Virus record (IMG/VR): IMGVR_UViG_3300047494_000229
Coordinates: 1-64,000 of that record
Source: a virus
Direction: 5' to 3' (one strand)
DNA: 64,000 nt
Both the position numbers and the translations under genes were made by a program. This document shows positions 19,787-29,542 of the stretch, in pieces. Within the stretch, counting starts at the first letter, position 1. Each line of letters starts with the position of its first letter. The notes under the pieces are model-generated. The model searched no databases, was not told the origin of the DNA, and saw nothing but the letters and a program-made list of their open reading frames with translations.

Positions 19787-20151
19787 ATTGCCCTTTTTAA
19801 ATACTTACAATCGCCTAATTGGTAAATTTGGCGAGTCACGAAATTTCCCGTCGCTGTATTTACTATCCGGTAAACTTTACCAATTTCTCCTTCGGTAACT
19901 TTGACTCTTCTCCCCTTTAAAATTCGCTGATAGATTAAATCGCTAACTTCAATCTCTGGGGGAGATAAATCGCGTTTTGTTGGCTCAACCGGAAAATCGG
20001 ACTGATATAGATGGTTGCTATTTTTAAATTCGCCTGGATGACTTGGTATTTTAGTCGTTTCAATTACCTGGAAATTTTTCTTGTCTAGCATTTCAACAGG
20101 AATTCCCGCAGCAAGGGCGTTTGGGTCAACTTGGTAAATTACGCACCTCAT
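19783..20151 (-). CDS. hypothetical protein
   Basis: ATGA overlap with the upstream gene. Confidence 0.55.
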   Translation of the reverse strand: MRCVIYQVDPNALAAGIPVEMLDKKNFQVIETTKIPSHPGEFKNSNHLYQSDFPVEPTKRDLSPPEIEVSDLIYQRILKGRRVKVTEGEIGKVYRIVNTATGNFVTRQIYQLGDCKYLKRAM

Positions 20152-22079
20152 GAATTTGACTCCCTGACCCTTAGCTCATTTACGCCATACCACCGTGCAT
20201 CTGGGATTTCTTGCCACTGGATGCGGATTTCTTGTAAATCTGGATTGACACCTAAGACAATGCCGTGGAATTCATAAGCTTGTTTATTGATATCTGTATG
20301 AGCGATCGCCCCTTCAACTACCTTCCCTTCCTTCCAAGAATCCAACCAAGTTCGGGGATTGATGTACTTTTCTGTATCTGATGGAGGAATGGCTAGCCAT
20401 TGTTCATCATTAAATACCAGTGATAATTCGCCCATCTTGACGTATTTGCAGCTTCTACCTCCTGATTGCCAGGATTGGGGCGTGAGTAGCCACGGGGAAT
20501 CGTCATTAGGTATCAGGGATTGGTCAACGAAGTCAGAAGTCAGAGGGAAGAAGGAAGAAGGTCTTATTTCTTCTGACTTCTCGTGACCAAAGGGAGGAGG
20601 GGATTTAACCAAATTCATCCTTCTTCCTTCTTGGTCAAACTCTTTTTTGAGCAAAGTTATCAAGTTTCGCTCATCCTGGGTAAGATTTATCCAGTAAGCT
20701 TTTTTAATCGCTTCATACTCAGAAGCGATCGCCCAAAACCCATTCCAATCACATCCACTCTGTAACTCTCGCCGAATATCACCAACAGCTTGGTGAACCA
20801 TCTGATTTAACTCGACCTGGTAGGCGATCGCCTCCGGTGTCGGGTTGCATTTTAATAAGATGGCGGCGGCAGATAACGCCTGTGTATCGTTAAGCGCTTT
20901 GGCTAAATTCCCCATAGCCAAAGCCATCAATCTCAGAGCCTCGGTCGCGTCAGACGGTGGGGCAGTGGCTAACGCTCTGAGGTGCAATTCCGGCTCTAGA
21001 TTCTCAACCATTCTGATAACTTCGGCGTTAACTGCTTTCTGCGCCTGCTTAGTAAGAGTATTGCCCCATTCCTGCACAGGGCGATTTTCTAGGGCCCGTT
21101 CTAGTTCTCCAATTCGTTGTTGCAATTGCTGGTTTTGAACTTCCAGTGTCCGCAATGATTCAAGCTCTTCAATTTTTTGTTGAAGCTTGGCAACTTCCAG
21201 AGCTTTAGTAGAGGCGATCGCCTGGCTTGCTGCTAACTGTTCGTGGACTAGCTGTTGGGCCCTTTCCTCTGCCTCAGTCAGTAACCCGGCGCGAATATCA
21301 ACCTCTAATCGCTGTATCTCCTCTTTGTGCTGGAGTTGGAGTTGGGCGATCGCTTCTTCATATTCTTTGGGATATTTGCGCGGGGTAAATGGAGTACTGG
21401 AGGCATCTAAATCACTGATAGCAAACAACTCACTTTGTTCACTATCAGGAAAAACTATAAATAGATGTGTGTGGTTTGGGGGATCTCCGCTCACTATGCC
21501 AGCCTGCCCCTCTCTTGGATGTCCTTGTAATGAAATCTTGACTTCTGCTCCCGTCAGGAACAATTGTTCCTGAGATTTCTGAGATTTTGTTCTTTTGGGT
21601 AGGGGGACAACTTTCTCAGCAGCTTCTTTAAAGTCTTTGGCTGTAGGGTTAGGATTACTTTCCGAGGCAAGACGCTCCCGTTCGGTCGCTAACGCTACCG
21701 CTATCGCCACCGTCTCTTGTAATTTTTCAGGAGATTTGACGAGCCTTAGTAGTGGCCTAGCGTGACTTTCTCTACTTACGACCCCATCAAGCTCAGTCCC
21801 TCGAAGAACCTCAGCCACCAGTCCAAAACCTAATAACTGATTGACTCGGCGATATCCGCCCCACTGAAATAATTCTTTGTTGCAAAACTCCTCAAAAGTT
21901 TTGTATCCACCTTCCGTAAAGAGGCGATTGTCCCGCATCTTGCGGAGTTCCTCAGATAACTGTATCTCGAATCGATCAATGGAAGTAAACGATTCTTTAA
22001 TGACCTCTAACGCATACCGAAAAGCTGACTGCTGGGATGAAATTTGAGGATTGAAATCAACGACGTTTGCGTAAACCAT
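20148..22079 (-). CDS. large putative DNA-binding / coiled-coil phage protein
   Basis: N-terminal LRKMRDNRLF..GGYKTFEEFC and ESHARPL motifs; central coiled coil. Confidence 0.6.
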   Translation of the reverse strand: MVYANVVDFNPQISSQQSAFRYALEVIKESFTSIDRFEIQLSEELRKMRDNRLFTEGGYKTFEEFCNKELFQWGGYRRVNQLLGFGLVAEVLRGTELDGVVSRESHARPLLRLVKSPEKLQETVAIAVALATERERLASESNPNPTAKDFKEAAEKVVPLPKRTKSQKSQEQLFLTGAEVKISLQGHPREGQAGIVSGDPPNHTHLFIVFPDSEQSELFAISDLDASSTPFTPRKYPKEYEEAIAQLQLQHKEEIQRLEVDIRAGLLTEAEERAQQLVHEQLAASQAIASTKALEVAKLQQKIEELESLRTLEVQNQQLQQRIGELERALENRPVQEWGNTLTKQAQKAVNAEVIRMVENLEPELHLRALATAPPSDATEALRLMALAMGNLAKALNDTQALSAAAILLKCNPTPEAIAYQVELNQMVHQAVGDIRRELQSGCDWNGFWAIASEYEAIKKAYWINLTQDERNLITLLKKEFDQEGRRMNLVKSPPPFGHEKSEEIRPSSFFPLTSDFVDQSLIPNDDSPWLLTPQSWQSGGRSCKYVKMGELSLVFNDEQWLAIPPSDTEKYINPRTWLDSWKEGKVVEGAIAHTDINKQAYEFHGIVLGVNPDLQEIRIQWQEIPDARWYGVNELRVRESNS

Positions 22080-22115
22080 ATAATAGTTGTGATATATGAA
22101 ATTAGTAAAAGCACA

Positions 22116-22319
22116 TCAGTTATTTGCTGATGTGCTTATTTTTTCGTTATCTTCTCCAGTAATAGATAACTCCATCAATAAGTGCGAAGCTATCCCAAGA
22201 TGCAAAAGACTTTCTAGCATGGCATTTCTAGTTACGCCTTGCTGCTGGGCCAAAGTCCCTACGTATTGCTGTAGGTATTCAGATAGACGAACCCTTGGTT
22301 TGTCGCGTATCCTCTCCAT
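22116..22319 (-). CDS. small RHH-like regulator (Cro-like position)
   Basis: PRVRLSEYLQQYVGTLAQQQGVTRNAMLESLL; divergent from the XRE gene. Confidence 0.55.
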   Translation of the reverse strand: MERIRDKPRVRLSEYLQQYVGTLAQQQGVTRNAMLESLLHLGIASHLLMELSITGEDNEKISTSANN

Positions 22320-22541
22320 ATTGTGGCATCAAGAAGCGGGATGCCAAAATCATATCACAGTCAAAGTGCCTTTTGTAAAAAAAAGTGTGGGACACAGTAG
22401 CGCATTGTTTATATTGCCTGTATAGTTGATTCTGTCTATTACGCAGCACGATGCGAATTACAAGTGTGTCCCTCACTCTGTCGGACTTTTTCCCATCTTT
22501 GATTCTAAGCTGCCGATTTGTGATTACAGCGAGGCAAATTT

Positions 22542-23138
22542 ATGCGGCCTAAGCTTTGGACAAAGGCGGGACTGTCTAATCTTGGACAATTGATTAGACT
22601 TTGTAGAAAATCTCGAAAACTATCCTCGGAAGATGCTGCTGCATTTATTTATAGTGAGACGGGGGAAGCGATCGCTTCACGGACTTTATTAAGTATTGAA
22701 ACTGCGACTGGCAAGCCTGAATATAATACCTTGGCAATCATTGCAGCGGCTGGCTTTGTTAAAAAGAACGGTAAAGTACTGGATATTTGGGACTTTATAA
22801 ATATCGCTTCTGAGTCTGAATCTGAACCTAATACAGGTGTATTACCCGAACTAATCTACGCTTATTTGGAGAAAAATAACCTTGATTTTGAAGGGTTCTC
22901 CAGAATTTGTGGCGTGACTGCTGAGGATTTGAGGGCGATCGCCTCCGGAAATCAAACTCAAGATTACGAAGGAGATTTGATTCTACTTTCAGGATATTTG
23001 GATAACCCCGTAACCGGACAGAAATTTAGTAACCACCCGGAATTGATGGAGTATTGTTTTGGGAAGAAAGATGCCAAAAATAAAGAAGCGATATCAGACC
23101 AAGACTTCCCGCTCAATAGTTTTCACAATTCGGGCTGA
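22542..23138 (+). CDS. XRE-family repressor with two HTH domains
   Basis: LGQLIRLCRKSRKLSSEDAA...RTLLSIE..GKPEYNTL plus a second HTH-like segment. Confidence 0.75.
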   Translation: MRPKLWTKAGLSNLGQLIRLCRKSRKLSSEDAAAFIYSETGEAIASRTLLSIETATGKPEYNTLAIIAAAGFVKKNGKVLDIWDFINIASESESEPNTGVLPELIYAYLEKNNLDFEGFSRICGVTAEDLRAIASGNQTQDYEGDLILLSGYLDNPVTGQKFSNHPELMEYCFGKKDAKNKEAISDQDFPLNSFHNSG

Positions 23139-23726
23139 CTCCCCATGCCACTTGATTACACGCGCATCTACTGTTAACTTAACGGGCCGCCCATCAAATA
23201 ATTTTGCCGTATAAGAATAGTTGCGTAGTTCTGAATCTTTTAGAAGCCTTGAGATATAAGTTTCAAGCTCATCTTCGTACCAATAATCTGACATCTTCTT
23301 GCCCAACCAATCATTTGGTTTAGCGCTGCTGGAATACATAATCCTCTCATTAGAAAATAGCCCTTTGTGGTCAGACATCCTGACAATGCCGCAGGAGCCT
23401 TTGTGGGAAAGGCATTCTTGAATGAGGTTGCTGAATTCGTTCGGAGTAATAATTTTATCCATCAAAATACTTTTTTGCGATTCTTCGATAATATTAAAGC
23501 AAACTTTTGCTTCATCGCCCTTAATCAATATTGTTACCCATTTGACATAAAGAATATCCTCTTTTGAGATGAAGCTCACAGCCTGATGGATGTTTTTTCT
23601 GTTTTGAATTAAAAAGCTCCTATCGTTATCGTGATAACACATAATGAAGATGTGATCTAAGGAAACCAATATCTTGCATCTGTGAAGAATTAAATCGACC
23701 AGTTCGTTGATATTAATAATAGGCAT
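23094..23726 (-). CDS. PAS-fold-like protein
   Basis: LFSN..., DWLGKKMSDYW, YSYTAKLFDGRPVKLTVDARVI resemble PAS/PAC elements; start uncertain. Confidence 0.55.
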   Translation of the reverse strand: MPIININELVDLILHRCKILVSLDHIFIMCYHDNDRSFLIQNRKNIHQAVSFISKEDILYVKWVTILIKGDEAKVCFNIIEESQKSILMDKIITPNEFSNLIQECLSHKGSCGIVRMSDHKGLFSNERIMYSSSAKPNDWLGKKMSDYWYEDELETYISRLLKDSELRNYSYTAKLFDGRPVKLTVDARVIKWHGESARIVKTIEREVLV

Positions 23727-24126
23727 TTAATAAAAATATCTTAGGTTGCCGCAGGGATCTTGAATATTGTAGTTTAAAATTACACAATTTTAAGTCGCGG
23801 CTATTTTTGTTAATCAGCAACCGCATAATTTCAATCTTAAAGCATAAAACGTTTGCCAGTAAAGAATTACAGCCGCCTACTTCTTCTGCATAGTTTTGTT
23901 TATTAGTGCTAAACAATAAATAAAAATTAATTAATCAATAGTAATTTCAAGGAGCAATATAGTCTTTGAAAATACAAATTGTCTTGCAAAACAAAAACTT
24001 ATGTAATCGTTGTTACTTGCTGTTTAATATCTGTTTAATTCGCTCATCTCAGTAAATAGGATAAGTGCGATGCCGAAAACCTGACTGTCACTAATCCTAT
24101 CCGTGTGATTTTAAAAATATATTAAT

Positions 24127-24174
24127 TTTTTGACTGCTATTTAATTCACTCTTGAATTAAATAGCAGTCAAAAA
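24127..24174. promoter_or_regulatory. perfect 22-bp inverted repeat upstream of the repressor
   Basis: TTTTTGACTGCTATTTAATTCA-CTCT-TGAATTAAATAGCAGTCAAAAA. Confidence 0.6.
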
Positions 24175-24221
24175 GACTACATTAAGTTTAAGTAAATCTG
24201 CCTTTTTAGTACAACAATGGA

Positions 24222-24575
24222 ATGTTGCAAGAAATTCTCTTTTTGGTGATGGTGGACGATGGGGCGCGGGAGCGGTTAATGGAATTGATTAAAAAAGTGA
24301 AGGGCGATCGCGACCAGAGGAAGTTTGCCAAGGATACAGGGGTAAGTCTTGGTGCAGTTCAAGGCTGGCTAAAAGGAAAAATCCCGCGCTCTGACAATTT
24401 ACAGAAAATTGCCATAGCTGCGGGGATGAGCGTAGATGAGCTTTTAGCCGAGGTGAGGGGAGAAGGAGTGGCACGTACTCCCAAAGTGGCTGAAGAAGTT
24501 TTGCAGGCGGCCCTGCAACTTGACGAGGAGGAACAGAGGCGGTTGATTAAGTTATTGGTGAATCGGGTGCTTTAG
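24222..24575 (+). CDS. XRE-family (CI-like) repressor
   Basis: DQRKFAKDTGVSLGAVQGWLKGKIPRSDNLQKIA. Confidence 0.85.
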   Translation: MLQEILFLVMVDDGARERLMELIKKVKGDRDQRKFAKDTGVSLGAVQGWLKGKIPRSDNLQKIAIAAGMSVDELLAEVRGEGVARTPKVAEEVLQAALQLDEEEQRRLIKLLVNRVL

Positions 24576-24599
24576 TTTAGTGGGAGAGGCGATCGCTCC

Positions 24600-24674
24600 C
24601 AGGAACAATTGTTCCTGACGAAAGAATAAGGGTTTCAGCAATATTTCAAGAACAATTGTTCTTGAAATATTGCT
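24600..24674. repeat. paired-palindrome dispersed repeat, copy C
   Basis: Cores at 24603 and 24650; the second extends into a 38-bp palindrome. Confidence 0.9.
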
Positions 24675-24723
24675 TGTACTTACAAATAACATATTTGTAT
24701 TTACATGGGTATGCACAAAAGTT

Positions 24724-24749
24724 AACCCGCCTCATTAGGGGCGGGTTTT
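24724..24749. terminator. intrinsic terminator between convergent genes
   Basis: AACCCGCC-loop-GGCGGGTTTT. Confidence 0.6.
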
Positions 24750-24810
24750 CCTTTGTTAAGCAGGTTTAGTAATTCAGTATGGGTTTGCCTGAGAGATTCG
24801 TTTTCCTCTC

Positions 24811-25083
24811 TCAGGCGGCTAATTCCCCCAATAGTTGAATATTTTCGCCTCCCAGTTTTTCTTTAACCACAGCCAAATCTCCTTCAACAACCGCTAGGCG
24901 TTTAGACATTTCTAATATTTCTGAGTCTGAATCTTTTGATTCTCCCTCAGAGTGCAAATATTCATTGATGAACTGCTTTAGTACGCCAGTGATTGTCTTG
25001 CCCTCTAATTTTAAGCGATCGCCGAATGCCTCCCTGATTTCTGGATCGATCTCAAAAGTTATAAAAGTCCGTTGTTTGGACAT
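24811..25083 (-). CDS. RHH-type regulator
   Basis: FITFEIDPEIREAF....EGKTITGVLKQFINEYL. Confidence 0.7.
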   Translation of the reverse strand: MSKQRTFITFEIDPEIREAFGDRLKLEGKTITGVLKQFINEYLHSEGESKDSDSEILEMSKRLAVVEGDLAVVKEKLGGENIQLLGELAA

Positions 25084-25149
25084 AGGTTTAGGTTTTTATC
25101 GCTTTACATCATTAATCTATCTTTTATTGCTGTACATCGCAATACCGTA

Positions 25150-25178
25150 TTGACAGTGTACAGTAAATTATGTACAGT
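25150..25178 (+). promoter_or_regulatory. sigma70 promoter with TGTACAGTA operator repeats
   Basis: TTGACA-N17-TACAGT with extended TG; two TGTACAGTA repeats overlap it. Confidence 0.65.
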
Positions 25179-25418
25179 AGATACATACACCAAAAGGGTG
25201 ATCGCCCCACAAAAGCCATGACACAAGTAATTAATCAAGAAACCGTTGAACTTTTAGCTTTTGAAGAAAATCTGCAACTGAGCAATGGATGCTCAGAGTA
25301 TCTATTACAAACTGGCGCAAAGCTATACCCGCGCCAGGGAATTAAACCTTGGCGAATTGTAGGGTATACCGCTACAGATGTTCGGTATTACATTGATCGC
25401 TATGAGTTGGATGCCTAG
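25170..25418 (+). CDS. hypothetical protein
   Basis: Probable start at MTQVIN (25218). Confidence 0.45.
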   Translation: MYSRYIHQKGDRPTKAMTQVINQETVELLAFEENLQLSNGCSEYLLQTGAKLYPRQGIKPWRIVGYTATDVRYYIDRYELDA

Positions 25419-25545
25419 CAGTGGTCTTTTGAGTGGGTTACTCTCACTCAATTGACAACTCTTTGTTGTCACACCTATCAAAAGAGCGATCGCCCCCTGC
25501 CAAGAGTAGCGATCGCTCTTTAAACACCACAACGGGTACTTAAAC

Positions 25546-26955
25546 ATGACATATCCAGCTTACACCCGCATTCAGTTAGAGTCCAAGAAATTAGTTGAGT
25601 TGAAGGCGATCGCCCTGCAACTCCATGCCGCTCCACTTAGCAATAAGCGCGTTACTGGCAATTGGGTAGAGGCAATTCTTGCCGCTCAACCTCAGCAAGT
25701 AAAGATGGCTGAGGTTGAGCAAGCTGATGATTACTTGTTCCACGATGACCCTCAACCAGTTAACTTACCTGAAGTTGGAGATTCACACTTCATAGGCGAT
25801 TACCTACTGCGCTGCATTCAGGTTGGTGGCGAGTACGTCACAGTATGGGATGTTCTACTAAATGCAAGTCTTTCGATGGGCGAAATTCGCATGGGCTGGG
25901 ATTGCCTCTGGAGCCATACATTGACCCTTGCTACATTCGCTACGCCACAAGAAGCGGTTGTTGATTTGCATGAATCAGCATTGGAATTTGCAAATTCCAA
26001 TGCTCCATATGATCAAAATTTAGAAGAAGAATGTTTTTCTGAGTATCCTGATCTTGCAAACGAACGAGAAAACGCAATGACGAAAATTATTTACCATCAA
26101 ACAAAGCCAGGAACAGACTGCCCAGATGGCATCGCCTCAGCTTGGGTGTGTCATAAAGCTTTTCTAGATGCCGATATCGAAGGGTGTGTGCATCAGGGTG
26201 AGCTACCTGATGTTAGCGGGTATGATCGCCTAGTAATTGTTGATTTTTCTTTCTCTGCCCAAATTTTGGAAGAGTGGGCAAAAACTAAAAAAGTGATCGT
26301 GATTGATCACCACAAAACAGCAATGAACGACTTATCTCAATTAAGCGATCACGTACTTCAAAAATTTGATATGGGTGAGTGCGGGGCAACTTTAGCTTGG
26401 AAGTATTTCTTCCCGAATGAGCCAATCCCCTCATTTTTAAGTTACGTCAAAGACCGCGATTTGTGGAATTTTGATTTACCTTTTTCGGAGGAGATTCACG
26501 AGGCGATCGCCTCCCTCAAATATCAGGCATATGCTGATATTGACAAGCAAAAACGCACTTTTGCAATCTTTGACATGATTGCGGATATGAGTGCAGAACA
26601 GTTACAAACGGTGTTTGCACCTTGGGGATATCAATTATTAAAGCCCAAGCGCGAACGGATCGCCGAATTAGCGGTATCTGCTAGCCAACAACTTTTAGAT
26701 GGCCACAAAATCATAGTGGTGGAAGTGCCAGAAAAAGAAGGGCGACTCATCAGCGATTTGTGTAGTTATCTATATAGAAATAATCCCGAATCTGCCTTTG
26801 TAGTGGCTTATTACTACTCGGAATCAGATATTAATTTGAGCTTCCGCAGCGACAAAAAAGGCAGCAATTTTGATGTATCAGCGATCGCCAAAAGCCTGGG
26901 AGGCGGCGGACATCACAACGCAGCAGGTGCATTAGTCCAAGTATTGCCTTGGTAA
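25546..26955 (+). CDS. DHH/DHHA1 phosphoesterase with 177 aa N-terminal extension
   Basis: YH...DCPDG, VDFS, IDHH, DRDLW, SFRS, GGGGHHNAAG; DHH domain starts at ATG 26077. Confidence 0.9.
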   Translation: MTYPAYTRIQLESKKLVELKAIALQLHAAPLSNKRVTGNWVEAILAAQPQQVKMAEVEQADDYLFHDDPQPVNLPEVGDSHFIGDYLLRCIQVGGEYVTVWDVLLNASLSMGEIRMGWDCLWSHTLTLATFATPQEAVVDLHESALEFANSNAPYDQNLEEECFSEYPDLANERENAMTKIIYHQTKPGTDCPDGIASAWVCHKAFLDADIEGCVHQGELPDVSGYDRLVIVDFSFSAQILEEWAKTKKVIVIDHHKTAMNDLSQLSDHVLQKFDMGECGATLAWKYFFPNEPIPSFLSYVKDRDLWNFDLPFSEEIHEAIASLKYQAYADIDKQKRTFAIFDMIADMSAEQLQTVFAPWGYQLLKPKRERIAELAVSASQQLLDGHKIIVVEVPEKEGRLISDLCSYLYRNNPESAFVVAYYYSESDINLSFRSDKKGSNFDVSAIAKSLGGGGHHNAAGALVQVLPW

Positions 26956-27047
26956 TGTCTTGGTAAAGTTCAGTGGCTGGGTGCGATCGCCATCAAAATC
27001 CGCACGCTTAAATTAACACAGGAAAAGGAAAAAACAAGGAAAAAACA

Positions 27048-27437
27048 ATGATCGTAAATTTGACACCTCACGCCATAAACATTTTGGCTAAAGAATCTTG
27101 CGTAAATTTAAAACAAGATCCCAAAACAAGGCAATGGGTTGCAGATGAAGCAACTCCAATTCGGACAATTGAAAGCTCTGGAGTTGCTAGAGTATCCGTT
27201 TCTAGTAGTTATGGGGAACCCCTAGAAGGGATTCCCACCCAAGTTCCAGTCTATGGGGAGATAGAAGGACTCCCCGATTATAAAGAGGGAACTTCATACA
27301 TTGTTTCGCTGCTAACCGTTAGTGCAGCGAAAGCCGGAGAACGTACCACAGAAGACTTATTTACTCCTGGGGTAATAGTTAGGAGTGCTGCAAATCAGTC
27401 CCTAATTTTGGGGTGTTTTGATTTAAATCGGCAGTAG
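27048..27437 (+). CDS. conserved phage protein (NLTPH motif)
   Basis: NLTPH, SGVARV, YGEIEGLP..GT.YIVS, IILGC-like motifs. Confidence 0.7.
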   Translation: MIVNLTPHAINILAKESCVNLKQDPKTRQWVADEATPIRTIESSGVARVSVSSSYGEPLEGIPTQVPVYGEIEGLPDYKEGTSYIVSLLTVSAAKAGERTTEDLFTPGVIVRSAANQSLILGCFDLNRQ

Positions 27438-27453
27438 AGAGTTCCAAAAATAG

Positions 27454-28056
27454 TTGAATCGCAAAGTGAGTACTATGCGATTCAACACGATGACCACAGA
27501 AACGAAGATAACACCAATGGCAAAATTTACCGACACTCCAATACTTACCGATCGCTTCTCTCAAGCTCTAGTTTTTGCAAGCCAAGCGCATTCTCATCAA
27601 GTTCGTAAGGGTAATAGAGAAGTGCCTTACGTTTCTCACCTGTTGGCTGTAGCCTCTTTAGTTTTGGAATCTGGAGGGGATGAAGATGAGGCGATCGCCG
27701 CCCTACTCCACGATGCGATTGAAGATATCCAAATTCATCCTGCATTAATTGATCAGAAGTTTGGTTGTTTTGTTCTTGGGTTTGTCCAAGAACTAACCGA
27801 AGACAAGTCTTTGCCTAAGCCAGAACGCAAAGCCGCTTATGTTAAGTCAATTCTTTCAATGTCGGAATCGGCGCTGAGAATCAGTATCGCCGACAAGCTC
27901 CACAATATCCGATGCTACAGCATAAACCCTCAATTGTGGGGGCAAGAGCAACATGAATTTTATGGAGCCTTGCTCGACAATTACGAACAACGCGAACTCG
28001 AAGGCGTTGAAGAACAACTAGTTGAGATGAATTTGCTGTTTGAGCAATTATCTTGA
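27454..28056 (+). CDS. HD-domain hydrolase, RelA/SpoT hydrolase (Mesh1/SAH)-like
   Basis: AH..Q.RK...PY.SH...V, AALLHD.IED, ELTEDK, ADKLHN; true start probably downstream of 27454. Confidence 0.85.
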   Translation: MNRKVSTMRFNTMTTETKITPMAKFTDTPILTDRFSQALVFASQAHSHQVRKGNREVPYVSHLLAVASLVLESGGDEDEAIAALLHDAIEDIQIHPALIDQKFGCFVLGFVQELTEDKSLPKPERKAAYVKSILSMSESALRISIADKLHNIRCYSINPQLWGQEQHEFYGALLDNYEQRELEGVEEQLVEMNLLFEQLS

Positions 28057-28172
28057 ATCAAGTTTTAGACAACTGCTCAATGTAGTTGATTACCTCACAA
28101 AATTAAGAGCGATCGCCTGCCCCGTCAAGAACGGCGATCGCTTGTCCACCCTATAAACAAAAAGTGAACACT

Positions 28173-28385
28173 ATGAAGTATACATCTCTAGCTACAGTTA
28201 TTTTATTGGTTGTATCGTCAACACCAGTACTTGCTGATTACACACCTCCGAATAACGGTGGGCCCGATTGCAATCCCTGCTTAGGGAGTGGTACGAGGTT
28301 TGTTGACAAGCCCAGTAAAACAGAAATGCACGAAATTGATTGCAAGCATCGTGGTTACGATCGCCGTAATTGCCCAAGTCTTTAG
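28173..28385 (+). CDS. small secreted peptide
   Basis: Signal peptide ending PVLA, then YTPPNNGGP..GSGTR...HRGYDRR. Confidence 0.6.
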   Translation: MKYTSLATVILLVVSSTPVLADYTPPNNGGPDCNPCLGSGTRFVDKPSKTEMHEIDCKHRGYDRRNCPSL

Positions 28386-28440
28386 GGAATAAGGCAGCCT
28401 AGATAAAATATATTGTAGGGGCGATCGCCCCTACTTTCTT

Positions 28441-29160
28441 ATGATCACAGAAAATATCAGAGACGAATTGCGGCGCATTCATGTTGAACTCAAAAAACCT
28501 TTCCCTGCGAACTTACACGAGTTCAGAGAGTTACCTGGCGGTAAAAAATGGGTATTTCTGCGATGGCAGACTATCCGTGAAAGGTTGGATGAAGTTGCCC
28601 CAGAGTGGATATCTGATTATTCAGAAGTTCAGTATCTTAATAATGATGCCATTTGTCGATGCGGCATCACAATATTAGGAATTCGGAAAGAGGCGATCGC
28701 TTCTGTTCCAATCTCAATTACTAGCAGTGGTGGTAAAGAAATGAGTCGCGGTAGTGCAGCCGATAGGCTAGCAGCGGAAGCATTGAAGAATACCGCAGAG
28801 GCTTGGGGCGTAGGGCGGTATCTAGACGATCAAGTTTTCACCATCCGTTACCTTTGGGATCGGATGCACGAACTTGATGACGCGGCGTGTGGAGAGGTTC
28901 GCCGTCTTTCCGAGCAGTACAAACTTGGGATAAAAGCTGCTACTAAACCAGCTTCACTGGTTAAACCTCAAGCTCCCAGAATTGACCGAAATTCTCTGAT
29001 GGCTCAAAGTGATTGCCTGATTGCTGGACTGTTATGGACTCCGGCTCAAGGCAAAGAATACCTTGAGAAAAATTATGGGAAGGGGGGGCGATCGCTCCTA
29101 ACTGATGCAGAATTATTAGATTTTATTGGCAAGCTTCAAAGGATGGGTGCTAGTGTCTAA
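28441..29160 (+). CDS. Rad52/Rad22 (Sak-type) single-strand annealing protein
   Basis: LKKPFP...IRERLDEV...W, AEALKNTAEAWGVGRYL. Confidence 0.85.
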   Translation: MITENIRDELRRIHVELKKPFPANLHEFRELPGGKKWVFLRWQTIRERLDEVAPEWISDYSEVQYLNNDAICRCGITILGIRKEAIASVPISITSSGGKEMSRGSAADRLAAEALKNTAEAWGVGRYLDDQVFTIRYLWDRMHELDDAACGEVRRLSEQYKLGIKAATKPASLVKPQAPRIDRNSLMAQSDCLIAGLLWTPAQGKEYLEKNYGKGGRSLLTDAELLDFIGKLQRMGASV

Positions 29161-29419
29161 AATTATTCCATTTAGTAACGCTACTGATTATCAATGTTGG
29201 CTCTATGCCAACTGCGAAAAATGCAAAAAATACCACGAGGATTTAGACGAACACGGCTACTCAAAATGTGAAATTGAAGGGGCGATCGTCTTGTCTAGTT
29301 GTGGAGAAGGTTTAACTGAAGAGATGGTTCAAAGAATGGGCGGCGTGCAGTCTGAGCAATGCCTACAAGATTACAATTTTTTTTCAACGGAAGTGTACAG
29401 AATTAGAGCCAGTAAATAA
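29126..29419 (+). CDS. Cys-rich hypothetical protein
   Basis: PFSNATDY..W...NCEKC...C motif. Confidence 0.5.
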   Translation: MASFKGWVLVSKIIPFSNATDYQCWLYANCEKCKKYHEDLDEHGYSKCEIEGAIVLSSCGEGLTEEMVQRMGGVQSEQCLQDYNFFSTEVYRIRASK

Positions 29420-29542
29420 TGAGTGAAATTAACTTATTTGGAGTCGAAATAAGGACTAATAGAAAAGTCAAAATTCTTTCTAAAAATAGCTTTCTGTATT
29501 TTGTTGCATACGTGAACGAACTCAATCAAGAAATTCACCCTA

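Noticed and set aside
27048-27437. AcrIII-1 (DUF1874) ring nuclease
   Set aside because: No NAFS or GH motifs; different family
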